Below, in pieces: positions 53,896-62,881 of a stretch of DNA of 64,000 nucleotides. The stretch's first letter is position 1, and each line of letters opens with the position of its first letter. Made by a program: the position numbers and the translations under genes. The stretch is from Coraliomargarita sp. GTDB taxonomy: Bacteria; Verrucomicrobiota; Verrucomicrobiia; Opitutales; Coraliomargaritaceae. The DNA is taken from positions 1,568,001 through 1,632,000 of the forward strand of contig OZ244160.1 of the NCBI GenBank assembly GCA_965216325.1. The letters run 5' to 3'. The notes under the pieces are model-generated. The model ran no database searches and was not told where the DNA came from. It saw nothing but the letters and a program-made list of their open reading frames with translations.

Positions 53896-54966
53896 TTACA
53901 GACGAGTAAAACTACCTGTCGCCACCTTCCAAACGGCCCACTCGTCCACCAGCTCCGGCAACTCGGTGCCAGTGGCAATGATCTGCAGCTCAGCCGGGCA
54001 GGCGCGCCAAAAGCCAGCTTTGCGATGCGGGTCGAGCTCACCAAGCACATCGTCCGCCAATAACACCGGCGCAACACCTAAGCTCTGCTGAAAAATTTGC
54101 GCTTGTGCGATCCGCAGCGCGACACAAAGCCCCCGCTGCTGCCCGTCAGAGGCGTATTCCTTCGCACCGCCAATATCCAGCAAGAGCGTATAGTCATCAC
54201 GGTGCGGCCCTTTCTGCGTCGAACCAACAATTTGATCACGCTTACGATTACGCGCCAGCAAGTCCCGCACGGCGTCGGCATCCTCAGCCTGCACGCTTAG
54301 CTTGAAATCCAACGCAGGACCCTCGTCCTTTTCCGCGATATCCGAATACACTGAAGTCAACACGGCACGGAGTCGCTCGATTCCAGCGAGACGTTTCTGA
54401 TTCACCATTAATAGATGCGGAGCGATCTCCGCCTCAAACGCAGCAAACTCAGCATCCGTCCCGCCCCTCTTCAGTAGACGATTTCGCTCTGCCACACCCC
54501 GATGATACAAACGCAAGGCGTGATAGTAATCCTTATCAATTGCCGACAAGGTCAGATCCAGGAAACGACGACGCTCCGCGGGGGAACCGCGCAAAATCAT
54601 TAAATCCCCCGCACTGAGAGGCACTACTGGAAATCGCCCAATAAAGTCACCAAGCCGAGACATTTTCTCCCCATCCAGTAGCACACGACGTCCATCAGAA
54701 CCGGAACGCACTTCTAATTCGCAGCCCCCCTGCAGGTCATGCTCGATCGAATAGACCGCCGCAAAGCCCGCGCTCCCCTGCCGCGGCAGTGCTCCCATGT
54801 TTTGTGTGCGAAATGAGCGAAGCGCTGTCACTAACCCCAAAGCCTCGAGCATATTCGATTTCCCCTGCCCATTTCGGCCGAGCAGAAAGCTTCGCCGCGC
54901 ACTCAAGTCGAGCTCGGCAAATTCAACATTCCGAAAATCCTGCAAGCGGATAGTTTGAAAACGCAT
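53896..54966 (-). CDS. recF: DNA replication and repair protein RecF
   Basis: FRN, GRNGQGKSN.LEA, SFRT, G.P.ERRRFLD, GPHRDD, S.GQQR, LLADDVLGELD. Confidence 0.96.
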   Translation of the reverse strand: MRFQTIRLQDFRNVEFAELDLSARRSFLLGRNGQGKSNMLEALGLVTALRSFRTQNMGALPRQGSAGFAAVYSIEHDLQGGCELEVRSGSDGRRVLLDGEKMSRLGDFIGRFPVVPLSAGDLMILRGSPAERRRFLDLTLSAIDKDYYHALRLYHRGVAERNRLLKRGGTDAEFAAFEAEIAPHLLMVNQKRLAGIERLRAVLTSVYSDIAEKDEGPALDFKLSVQAEDADAVRDLLARNRKRDQIVGSTQKGPHRDDYTLLLDIGGAKEYASDGQQRGLCVALRIAQAQIFQQSLGVAPVLLADDVLGELDPHRKAGFWRACPAELQIIATGTELPELVDEWAVWKVATGSFTRL

Positions 54967-54974
54967 ACAGTTCC

Positions 54975-56150
54975 CTAAATCGAAATCACTGTTGAGTCAG
55001 AGCGATCAGCCTCCGCCTTCAACTCGTCATAAACCGTCCGAATCGCTGCAGCCAAGTCCATCCAATCCTGTACCTGCAGCTCTGGCCCCGCACTCATGCG
55101 TAATGAACGACGCATCGACGCCGCTTCATAACCCATCGCCGCCAGCACATGTGATGGACCGTCCTTCCCCGTTGAACAAGCCGAGCCAGCCGAAACGAGG
55201 AAGCCACGCTTCTCCAGACCACGTATCCAGCGCACGCTGCCAAACTCAGGGGCAATCAGCATTGCAGTATTCCACAAGCGCTCAGCTCCCCCGCCCACCA
55301 ACTCAAATTCAGGCAAAGCGGCAACAAATCGGTCACGCCCCTCTGTAGAGCCGGTGGGAGTCCCGACTTTAGCCGGATTCAAATCAGACTGTGGGCCCCA
55401 AAAAGGCCTAAACCCAGCCCTTAACGCCGCTACCATTGCCAAAGCACTGGCGACATCCTCAGTCCCCGCGCGATGCGATGACTCCTGCCCTCCACCACGC
55501 AGCGAAACAAAGCTACTCGATGCATCCGGCAATAAGCACGCACCCACACCTCGAGGCCCACCAAACTTATGTCCACATAAAGTGACAAAACTACAGCACT
55601 TCAGCTCCTGAAGCGGCATTTTCCCCACCCATTGCGACGCATCACAATGATAGGGAACCCCGGCCTGACTTGCCTTCGTGGCGATCAACTGCCACGGATT
55701 CAGCACACCGGTTTCATTATTGGCCGCCATCACCGAGATCGCGGCAACTTGATCAAAGGGAATGGCATCGACATCAACTGCACCCTGCGCATCGAGTTCC
55801 AACCATAGAATACGGCCCGCGAACCAGTGTGTCGCCGCCTCGATGACACTCGGATGCTCAGTGGGACTAACACCGACCTTAGCACCGGCAGGCAAGCGAC
55901 CTGCCCAGTGCGCAAAGACCGCGTTGTTACCCTCAGTCGCACCAGAGTTGAACACCACACGGGCGGGCTCGACCTCAAATGCGGCGGCGAGCTGCTCGCG
56001 CGCTTGATCCAAATGGACTTTCACCCGCGCAGCTGCACGGTATGGACTCGACGGGTTCAACCACAACTCACTAGCCGCATGTAGCCATGCTGCTTTCGCA
56101 TCAGCGCAAAGCGGCGTCGTGGCATTATAATCGAAAAAGCGGGTATTCAC
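54975..56150 (-). CDS. Cysteine desulfurase (IscS/NifS class V aminotransferase)
   Basis: DYNATTP, NPSS, SGATE, ANNETG, HCDASQ, GHKFGGP, SAGSACS. Confidence 0.92.
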   Translation of the reverse strand: MNTRFFDYNATTPLCADAKAAWLHAASELWLNPSSPYRAAARVKVHLDQAREQLAAAFEVEPARVVFNSGATEGNNAVFAHWAGRLPAGAKVGVSPTEHPSVIEAATHWFAGRILWLELDAQGAVDVDAIPFDQVAAISVMAANNETGVLNPWQLIATKASQAGVPYHCDASQWVGKMPLQELKCCSFVTLCGHKFGGPRGVGACLLPDASSSFVSLRGGGQESSHRAGTEDVASALAMVAALRAGFRPFWGPQSDLNPAKVGTPTGSTEGRDRFVAALPEFELVGGGAERLWNTAMLIAPEFGSVRWIRGLEKRGFLVSAGSACSTGKDGPSHVLAAMGYEAASMRRSLRMSAGPELQVQDWMDLAAAIRTVYDELKAEADRSDSTVISI

Positions 56151-56161
56151 GCCCGGATAAC

Positions 56162-56959
56162 TTATGGGATACGCAGCTCCTGACCAACCCGCAGCGCATT
56201 TTCACTGGAGAGGCGGTCACGATTCGCTTGGTAAATATCAATCCAGCGCGATGGCGTGCCATAGAATTTGCGACTGATCGTGCTGAGCGAATCACCGGAC
56301 TGCACGGTATAACTGCGTGGCACCGATTCCGGCGCGGGGCTAGCCTGTGGGGCTGGCGCAGGCGCTGCTGTCACCGTAGTTGTTGGAGCCGGACGAGTCT
56401 GCTGAAGTGGTGCGATCTGAGTAGTCTGCACTGGTGCCGGCCGGCGCGCGTCTCCCAACATGGATTCCAACTGGCGAACACGCTTCTGTGACTCCACCAG
56501 CTCGCGCTTCATGCTCTCATTCTCTTTACGCAAGTTGTTGATCAGTTCCATCAAATCGAGTCGATCCAGCTCACCGGAATACGGCTGCGCCGGCAACTGA
56601 CGGGCGAATTCCTTCTGCGCGGTTTCAATCAGCTGACGCACCTGCGGTGCCTGATCCGACTGCGGGTTGAACTCCAAGTAGCGGTTAAAGTGATAGATCG
56701 CACGCACGGGATCCTTCATCTCACGCAAATAGATGTACCCCGCCTCTAGGTGTGACTCAGGCGCATCTCGGCGCGCATCAATTACACCGAGAAAAGCCGT
56801 CAACGCGTCTGAAGTCCGGCCTTGATCCTTGTAATGCTTGGCACGCTGATACTGCTTTTCGTCCGTTTCACTCACCACTTCAACAGAGCTCGGGGCACAG
56901 GCCGAGAGCACAAACAGGCAGAGGAGTGAAAGAGAGGTGAGGCTACGGAGCGGTCGCAT
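56162..56959 (-). CDS. Lipoprotein with TPR-like repeats, coiled coil and C-terminal LysM
   Basis: Lipobox LSAC, AIYHFNRYLE..P, YTVQSGDSL..IS.KFYG....W..IY.AN. Confidence 0.88.
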   Translation of the reverse strand: MRPLRSLTSLSLLCLFVLSACAPSSVEVVSETDEKQYQRAKHYKDQGRTSDALTAFLGVIDARRDAPESHLEAGYIYLREMKDPVRAIYHFNRYLEFNPQSDQAPQVRQLIETAQKEFARQLPAQPYSGELDRLDLMELINNLRKENESMKRELVESQKRVRQLESMLGDARRPAPVQTTQIAPLQQTRPAPTTTVTAAPAPAPQASPAPESVPRSYTVQSGDSLSTISRKFYGTPSRWIDIYQANRDRLSSENALRVGQELRIP

Positions 56960-57031
56960 GTGTCAAATAAAGGTCAATTGTGCGCACAGGTTTAAGCATC
57001 CCCGCACAACAATCAACCCCCAAGAACAACA

Positions 57032-58012
57032 CTAGGGACGCAGCAGAATCTTGCCCAAGCGTGGTTGCTTGTCGTGCGCAAAGGCTTCCGCGTATTGATC
57101 GAACGAATACGTCGCCTCAATCGGCAACCTCAGGCTCCCGTCTTTCATCATGCCATAGACTGCATCCATGACCTGACGTAGCCCATCCGGGCCTGCCTGC
57201 TTGCTCCATTTATCCCACCAAAAACCAACGAGACGCACATCATTAAAAATCAAGAAACGCGTCGGGAAGCGCACCGGATCCCCGACCATCCCACCAAAAG
57301 TGACCTGAGTGCCACCTTCGCCGAGCGCCTTAATCTGGTCACTGGCGCTTTCGCCACCAATCGAATTGAGCGCCAAACGAATCGGTTCACCACCAGTTAA
57401 CTCCTTGGCAGTCTTCGCCCAGCCGCTCCCTTCGATCACCACCTCATCGGCGCCAAGCACCTTGAGCGGTTCGATCAGCTCTTCACGACGCACTTGATTG
57501 ATGGTTTTAAAGCCGAGCGCCTTGGCCATCTGAATGACGGATAGGCCCACCGCCGAGTTACCGGCATTCTGCACCACCCAGCTACCCTTAGGCAGATCAA
57601 CGATCTTGCTGAGCAAGCAATACGCAGTCGGCGGATTGATAAACGAAATCGCGGTCTGCTCGACCGGTAATTCCGAAGGCACCTGCAACAAATCCTTGGC
57701 TGGAATACAGGCGTATTCCTGCCATGTCCCCTCCTCGGGAAAACGCACGTGAGCCCCAACACCGACATTAAACACACCTGAGCCAAGCGCATCAACCTGA
57801 CCAACTCCCTCACGCCCGGCAACCGCTGGCAACTCCCGCAGACGGCCGTAGCTGCCGCCAATCATTCCGTAGTCCGACGGATTGATCGCCGCCGCAAGCA
57901 GTTTCACCCGCACCTCGCCAGGCCCAGGCTCGGGCTTGCCGACGGTCTCGACCTTGAGGACCTCTTGAGGCTTTCCAAAACTGTGGTGGCGAATCGCTTT
58001 TTGTTGGCTCAT
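57032..58012 (-). CDS. 2-enoyl thioester reductase (MDR/MECR-like)
   Basis: AAINPSD...GSY, GREGVG, INPPTAY, QNAGNSAVG, GFW. Confidence 0.88.
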   Translation of the reverse strand: MSQQKAIRHHSFGKPQEVLKVETVGKPEPGPGEVRVKLLAAAINPSDYGMIGGSYGRLRELPAVAGREGVGQVDALGSGVFNVGVGAHVRFPEEGTWQEYACIPAKDLLQVPSELPVEQTAISFINPPTAYCLLSKIVDLPKGSWVVQNAGNSAVGLSVIQMAKALGFKTINQVRREELIEPLKVLGADEVVIEGSGWAKTAKELTGGEPIRLALNSIGGESASDQIKALGEGGTQVTFGGMVGDPVRFPTRFLIFNDVRLVGFWWDKWSKQAGPDGLRQVMDAVYGMMKDGSLRLPIEATYSFDQYAEAFAHDKQPRLGKILLRP

Positions 58013-58118
58013 AAGCGTGGCACATTGCCCAAAAGCGCCTGTCTCGCAAAGCAGATTCAACATTTTCGCCCACAGAAATAAGCATCCGTGGTTGCTTCCA
58101 TCAGTAACAAGGCACTAA

Positions 58119-58153
58119 TCACCTTCACACTTTTCCACTTTTCACCTTCACAC
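58119..58153 (+). repeat. Degenerate pyrimidine-rich ~7-nt array before oligopeptidase A
   Basis: tcaccttcacacttttccacttttcaccttcacac. Confidence 0.55.
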
Positions 58154-58155
58154 CC

Positions 58156-60189
58156 ATGACCCATCCATTCCTCACTGACGACTTCCACATCCGCTGGTCG
58201 ACCCTGACCCCTGACGCAATTGAGCCAGACATCAGTAAGGCACTAGCCGATGCCCAAGCAGCTGTGGATGCCGTAGCCGCCCTGAGCGATACCGATACTG
58301 AACTGACTTACACGAACACCATCGCAGCACTCGACGATGGACTCGACACGCTCAATCGCGCCTGGGGCCTCGTCAACCACCTCGACTCGGTCAGCAACAG
58401 CCCCGAACTCCGCGAGCCCTTCAACAAAATGCTGCCAGCGGTCTCTGAGTTCTTCGCAGCCATCCCGCTCAACGAACAACTGTGGAAGACCCTCAAGGCA
58501 TTCGGCAGCAGCGAAGCCGTGCTCGAGCTCTCTGCCACCAAGCAGCGCTACGTGCATGAGACCATGGCGGACTTCCGCGAAGCCGGCGCCGACTTGCCAC
58601 CTGAGCAGAAGCAGCGCGCAGCCGAAGTACAAAAGCGCCTCGCAGAACTCACCCAGAAATACTCCGAGAACTGCCTCGATGCCACCAACGCTTGGGAAAA
58701 GCTCATCACCGACGAGTCCGAACTCACCGGCCTTCCAAAGTCCGCCCTTGCCGCCGCCAAGCAAAGCGCCGCGCAAAAGGACAAGGAGGGCTGGCGTTTC
58801 ACACTGCAGGCCCCGTCCTACATTCCGGTCATGACTTACGCCGACAACGATGCTCTGCGCGAAGAAGTCTGGAAGGCCTACGGCGCAATCGGCCGCGAGG
58901 GCGAGACCGACAACCGCGAACTCGTCCGCGAAATCCTCGACCTGCGCCACGAATTTGCCCAGCTCGTCGGCCAAGCAAACTTTGCCGACCACGTCACCGA
59001 GCGCCGTATGGCGGCCTCCGGTGATGCCGCACTGCAATTTGGCGAGACCATATTCAGCCGCGTGCGCGAGGCCTTCGAAAACGAAGTCCAGCAGCTGCGC
59101 AACTTCAAGAGTGCCGACCTGCTTGAGCCATGGGAAGTCGGCTACTGGGCCGAGAAACAACGCCTTGCCAACTACGACTTCGACGAAGAGGCCCTGCGCC
59201 CCTACTTCCCGATCGACCGCGTCATCAGCGGTATGTATGACATCGCCCAACAGCTGTTTGACCTGCGTATCGAAGAGCGCAGCGACGTCGAGACTTGGCA
59301 CGAGGAGGTCAAATTTTACGACCTGTTCGACAGCGAAAGCGGCGAAGTGCTCGGCGGATTCTATGCGGATTGGCATCCACGCGAGTCCAAGCGCGGCGGC
59401 GCATGGATGAACTACCTAATCACAGGCAACCGCGATGCATCTCTAGGCGAGCGCACGCCACACCTCGGCCTGATCTGCGGCAACCTCACTCCTTCCGTCG
59501 GCGATACGCCTGCGCTGCTCACCCACCGTGAGGTCGAAACCATCTTCCACGAATTCGGCCACTTACTCCATCACCTCTGCGGCGAAGTCGAAGTAAAGTC
59601 ACTAAATGGTGTCAACGTACCGTGGGACTTTGTCGAACTTCCCTCACAGATCATGGAAAACTGGTGCTGGGATCGCGAGAGCCTCGATCTGTTTGCCCGC
59701 CACCACGAAACTGGCGAGCCAATCCCACAGGAGTTATTCGACAAGATGTTGGCTGCTCGCAACTACATGAAAGCCAGCGCCAACGTGCGCCAGCTTTCCT
59801 TCGGGAAAATGGACCTGGAACTGCACATCAACTGGCCAAAGTCAGCCAAGGGCGACCTCGACAGCTTCATCAAGCAGGTGCTCGACGGCTACACACCGGA
59901 ATACAAGACCGAGCCGAAGAGCAACGTCTTCAATTTCAGCCACCTCTTCAGCAGCCCAACCGGCTACGCGGCGGGCTACTACAGCTATAAATGGGCCGAG
60001 GTACTGGACGCCGATGCATTCACCCGCTTCCAAAAAGAAGGGATCCTCAACGCCGAGACCGGTCGCGACTTCCGCGCCAAGATCCTCGCCAAGGGCAACT
60101 CGGAAGATCCCGCCAAGCTGTTCAAAGACTTCATGGGGCGCAGCCCGGATCCCGACGCGCTCCTGCGCCGCGACGGCCTACTCAACTAA
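58156..60189 (+). CDS. prlC: Oligopeptidase A (M3 family)
   Basis: KRGGAWM, HEFGH, DFVELPSQ.MENW, YAAGYYSYKWAEVLDADAF. Confidence 0.93.
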   Translation: MTHPFLTDDFHIRWSTLTPDAIEPDISKALADAQAAVDAVAALSDTDTELTYTNTIAALDDGLDTLNRAWGLVNHLDSVSNSPELREPFNKMLPAVSEFFAAIPLNEQLWKTLKAFGSSEAVLELSATKQRYVHETMADFREAGADLPPEQKQRAAEVQKRLAELTQKYSENCLDATNAWEKLITDESELTGLPKSALAAAKQSAAQKDKEGWRFTLQAPSYIPVMTYADNDALREEVWKAYGAIGREGETDNRELVREILDLRHEFAQLVGQANFADHVTERRMAASGDAALQFGETIFSRVREAFENEVQQLRNFKSADLLEPWEVGYWAEKQRLANYDFDEEALRPYFPIDRVISGMYDIAQQLFDLRIEERSDVETWHEEVKFYDLFDSESGEVLGGFYADWHPRESKRGGAWMNYLITGNRDASLGERTPHLGLICGNLTPSVGDTPALLTHREVETIFHEFGHLLHHLCGEVEVKSLNGVNVPWDFVELPSQIMENWCWDRESLDLFARHHETGEPIPQELFDKMLAARNYMKASANVRQLSFGKMDLELHINWPKSAKGDLDSFIKQVLDGYTPEYKTEPKSNVFNFSHLFSSPTGYAAGYYSYKWAEVLDADAFTRFQKEGILNAETGRDFRAKILAKGNSEDPAKLFKDFMGRSPDPDALLRRDGLLN

Positions 60190-60231
60190 GCGCACCTTGA
60201 CAGCAGCATCATTTGATGCTTTGATGGCTAC

Positions 60232-60507
60232 ATGCGAACAACGGTCACATTGGACCCAGATGTAGCTGAATACATCCGCGAGGCTTGCCACAAACGCAAC
60301 AAGAGCTTCAAGCGCGTGCTCAACGACGCTCTACGTGAATCACTAAAGCCTGCAAGCACGCAAAAACCCGGTTTGCTAGCCCCTCGATCGATGGGACAAG
60401 CGCCCGGTGTCGATCCGCGCCGACTGAGTGAACTGGCCGACGATTTGGAAGCCGAAGCCTATCTCGCGGCCGAAGAGCAACGCGCCTATAATCGTAAACA
60501 GCAGTGA
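60232..60507 (+). CDS. vapB: VapB-like antitoxin (ribbon-helix-helix)
   Basis: MRTTVTLDPDV...SFKRVLNDALR; overlaps the PIN gene by GTGA. Confidence 0.85.
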   Translation: MRTTVTLDPDVAEYIREACHKRNKSFKRVLNDALRESLKPASTQKPGLLAPRSMGQAPGVDPRRLSELADDLEAEAYLAAEEQRAYNRKQQ

Positions 60508-60935
60508 TCCTCCCCGACGCCAATCTATTGCTCTATTCGGTCAATAGCGACAGTCTAGACCACCAATGCGCATTCACCTGGTGGAGCGAGCTAATTCAAA
60601 GCGAAGCCCCAATTGGCATCTACACGGGAGTCGCCTTTGCATTTATTCGACTATCAACTAATCGTCGAGTCTTCGCTCAACCCCTGAGTGTTGAAGAAGC
60701 CTTCGCGTATTTGAACAATTGGTTGAGCTTTCCTAACGTGCGCTGGATCGAAGCCGAGTTGGACGACCTCGCTACAGCCGAAACACTGCTTGAAGCCGCT
60801 GGAACTGGTGGCAATTTGGTTAGCGACGCTCAGATCGCAACCGCTGCACTCAGGCTGGATGCCACGGTTTACAGCGCCGATGCCGATTTCGACCGCTTTC
60901 CAAATTTGAAATGGGAAAATCCACTTCACAATTAA
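60504..60935 (+). CDS. vapC: VapC PIN-domain ribonuclease toxin
   Basis: MILPDANLLLY, FIRLSTN, GNLVSDAQIA, S.D.DF.RF..L.W.NP. Confidence 0.9.
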   Translation: MILPDANLLLYSVNSDSLDHQCAFTWWSELIQSEAPIGIYTGVAFAFIRLSTNRRVFAQPLSVEEAFAYLNNWLSFPNVRWIEAELDDLATAETLLEAAGTGGNLVSDAQIATAALRLDATVYSADADFDRFPNLKWENPLHN

Positions 60936-60950
60936 GCCACCCGCAAAAAC

Positions 60951-61409
60951 ATGATCCGCATTGCTCGCCTAATCTACCTGCTGATCGCCAGTCAACTCTA
61001 CGCCGAGATCACAATCCACAAAGACAGCAAGGACAAGCTCCTCGGAGTGTAAAAGATCGGCGAATTGAGCTTTACTGCGTTCCAGTTCACCGACTCTAAG
61101 GAAAACAAAAGAGTTCACTTCGCATTAAGAGAGGGGGAGCGTTTGATCTTCAGCTACTCATCCGAAGGAGATACCTCCTACTTCCCTGAAAGCGGCTTCC
61201 GAATAGGTGTAACTGAAGTGAATAATACCCTACAAAAAGTCGCGGTTTTGCGCGACAAGCCGCAAAAGGAAATTTACGTAGTCGAGTTAAAAAAAGGCGC
61301 CTTCGTCTTCACCCAATGGCCCGAGGGACTTGAAAAAACCGACTCTTCTCTGATGCTCGACATTACTGAGATACCGTGGCTGCAGAACGCGGCGCCAGAC
61401 ACCCAGTGA
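60951..61409 (+). pseudogene. Exported hypothetical protein interrupted by an in-frame TAA at 61050-61052
   Basis: ATG 60951 MIRIARLIYLLIASQLYAE...LLGV-stop-KIGELSF continues in frame into ORF 61065..61409. Confidence 0.65.
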
Positions 61410-61454
61410 TTTATACCTCCACGCACACACACATCGCGTCCGTTAGACCACGCA

Positions 61455-61480
61455 GAGCGCTTGCTGAAGCTGCGCGCTAC
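61455..61480. repeat. Solitary REP-like unit (family A)
   Basis: gagcgcttgctgaagctgcgcgctac. Confidence 0.75.
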
Positions 61481-61487
61481 GCAGCGC

Positions 61488-62090
61488 CTAGAAGCTCACA
61501 AAGCCCTGCGCCAGTTTGACCACGAACACGCCGAGATTACTCGCCGCGTGGGCAATCATACAGGGAAACAGCGAGCGGGTCGGGTTCCACGGGCCGAAGC
61601 GCACCGCATAGAACCACAGTGAGTTCAAAAACAGAATTGAGGTCGTGAAGATCGCCTTGGTTGTGAAGGTGAACTCAAAGCCATTTTCAGTACTCCACAA
61701 GTGCATGTGGATAATCGCAAACAGCAGCGAGAAGCCCACGCAACTGCCGATCAGCGCCGCCTTGCCCTTTTTGTCGACCACGAGGAAGCCGCGAAAGATA
61801 ATTTCCTCCACGACGCCCGCCCCGAGGCTAGCGAAGAGGAAATACCAGACCATCGTGCTCTGCTCCGAGGCAATGCCCAAGGCAATCTCGCCGCCGGTCT
61901 CAATGCCCAGAATCAGCAGCGCGCCTACGACACCAATCAGGATCGCCCCCACAGTGCAGGGAGTCGCGCCCGGCATCGGCGAGCTGTTAGGCTCGCCAGC
62001 GCGCACAGCTTTTAAATCGGCCCAATACATCTGCAGCACGTAGACAGCAATGCCCACATACATCAGAATCATGATCGGGTTCTCGTTCAT
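61488..62090 (-). CDS. CPBP/CAAX-protease (Abi) family membrane metalloprotease
   Basis: EEIIFRG, FAIIH, HAASN motifs. Confidence 0.9.
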   Translation of the reverse strand: MNENPIMILMYVGIAVYVLQMYWADLKAVRAGEPNSSPMPGATPCTVGAILIGVVGALLILGIETGGEIALGIASEQSTMVWYFLFASLGAGVVEEIIFRGFLVVDKKGKAALIGSCVGFSLLFAIIHMHLWSTENGFEFTFTTKAIFTTSILFLNSLWFYAVRFGPWNPTRSLFPCMIAHAASNLGVFVVKLAQGFVSF

Positions 62091-62095
62091 CTAAA

Positions 62096-62180
62096 AGAAG
62101 GTAGAATTTAGGAGTTAGAAGCTAGAAGAATGAATACGTCAGCGTAGATTCTTACTCCTAACTTCTGCCTTCTAACTTCT
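62096..62180. repeat. Inverted pair of heptamer arrays with no gene between
   Basis: agaaggt-agaattt-aggagtt-agaagct-agaag ... attct-tactcct-aacttct-gccttct-aacttct. Confidence 0.85.
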
Positions 62181-62200
62181 CACATTGAAGTGCGAAGCAC

Positions 62201-62572
62201 TTAAATGTGACGGGAGTCCGCCTCGTCCTTCTCGGTGTAGCCACTGTCCTGACGGTTGTGGTTCACCTTGTTCTTTTTGACGTAGGCTTCGTAAACATCT
62301 TCCGGAGTCATGCCGAGCACCTGAGCAATCGAGATCAGGAAGTGGAACAGATCCACGACCTCGACCTTGGCATTCTGCTCGTCGAACTCCTGATACTTTG
62401 CCCACCACTTCCACGGCACCGAGTCGATCAACTCAGCGATCTCTTGCTGCATCGCGCGAGTGTAATTGAGCACCCACTGCGCCTTTTCTTCGTCCGACAT
62501 ATTGTCGGTATTCACGCCAATGCGCTTATTGAGCGCGTCCTGTTGAGCAAAAATTTCGTCGAGTTTGTCCAT
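62201..62572 (-). CDS. Dimeric (all-alpha) dUTPase-like protein
   Basis: Q..LN, EIAEL...WKWW, EVVDLFHFLIS, Y..KNKVN..RQ..GY. Confidence 0.88.
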   Translation of the reverse strand: MDKLDEIFAQQDALNKRIGVNTDNMSDEEKAQWVLNYTRAMQQEIAELIDSVPWKWWAKYQEFDEQNAKVEVVDLFHFLISIAQVLGMTPEDVYEAYVKKNKVNHNRQDSGYTEKDEADSRHI

Positions 62573-62700
62573 GCGCAAGTGCCTAGGTGAGCAACCCTAT
62601 GCAAGCAAGCGCATTCAACGCATCCAAGCAACTTTCAGCCAACAACTAGCAACAATCCCAACTTAACCCTTGCGGGACAAAATTTCCTACTCTACCGATA

Positions 62701-62847
62701 GCCGCGTTGATAGTGGCCCCGCGCAGCAACCGACCTCAGTCGAATTCTCTTCGAGACCCTCTGCGCCGCGTCTCACCGACCAGCCCACATCAACCTCTCA
62801 TGCGGCACCTTGCGTGATGGACTGCTCCAGCGCTCGCCGTGCACGCA
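62701..62847. ncRNA. Candidate structured RNA or leader
   Basis: Nested stems gccgc/gcggc, gttgat-a-gtgg/ccac-atcaac, gcgcag/ctgcgc, two apical hairpins, then tgcgtg/cacgca. Confidence 0.3.
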
Positions 62848-62881
62848 CCAAACATAATCACATAGATATAGAATAGAACCG

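Noticed and set aside
58243..59376. 377-aa antisense ORF over oligopeptidase A
   Set aside because: Shadow frame; no motifs
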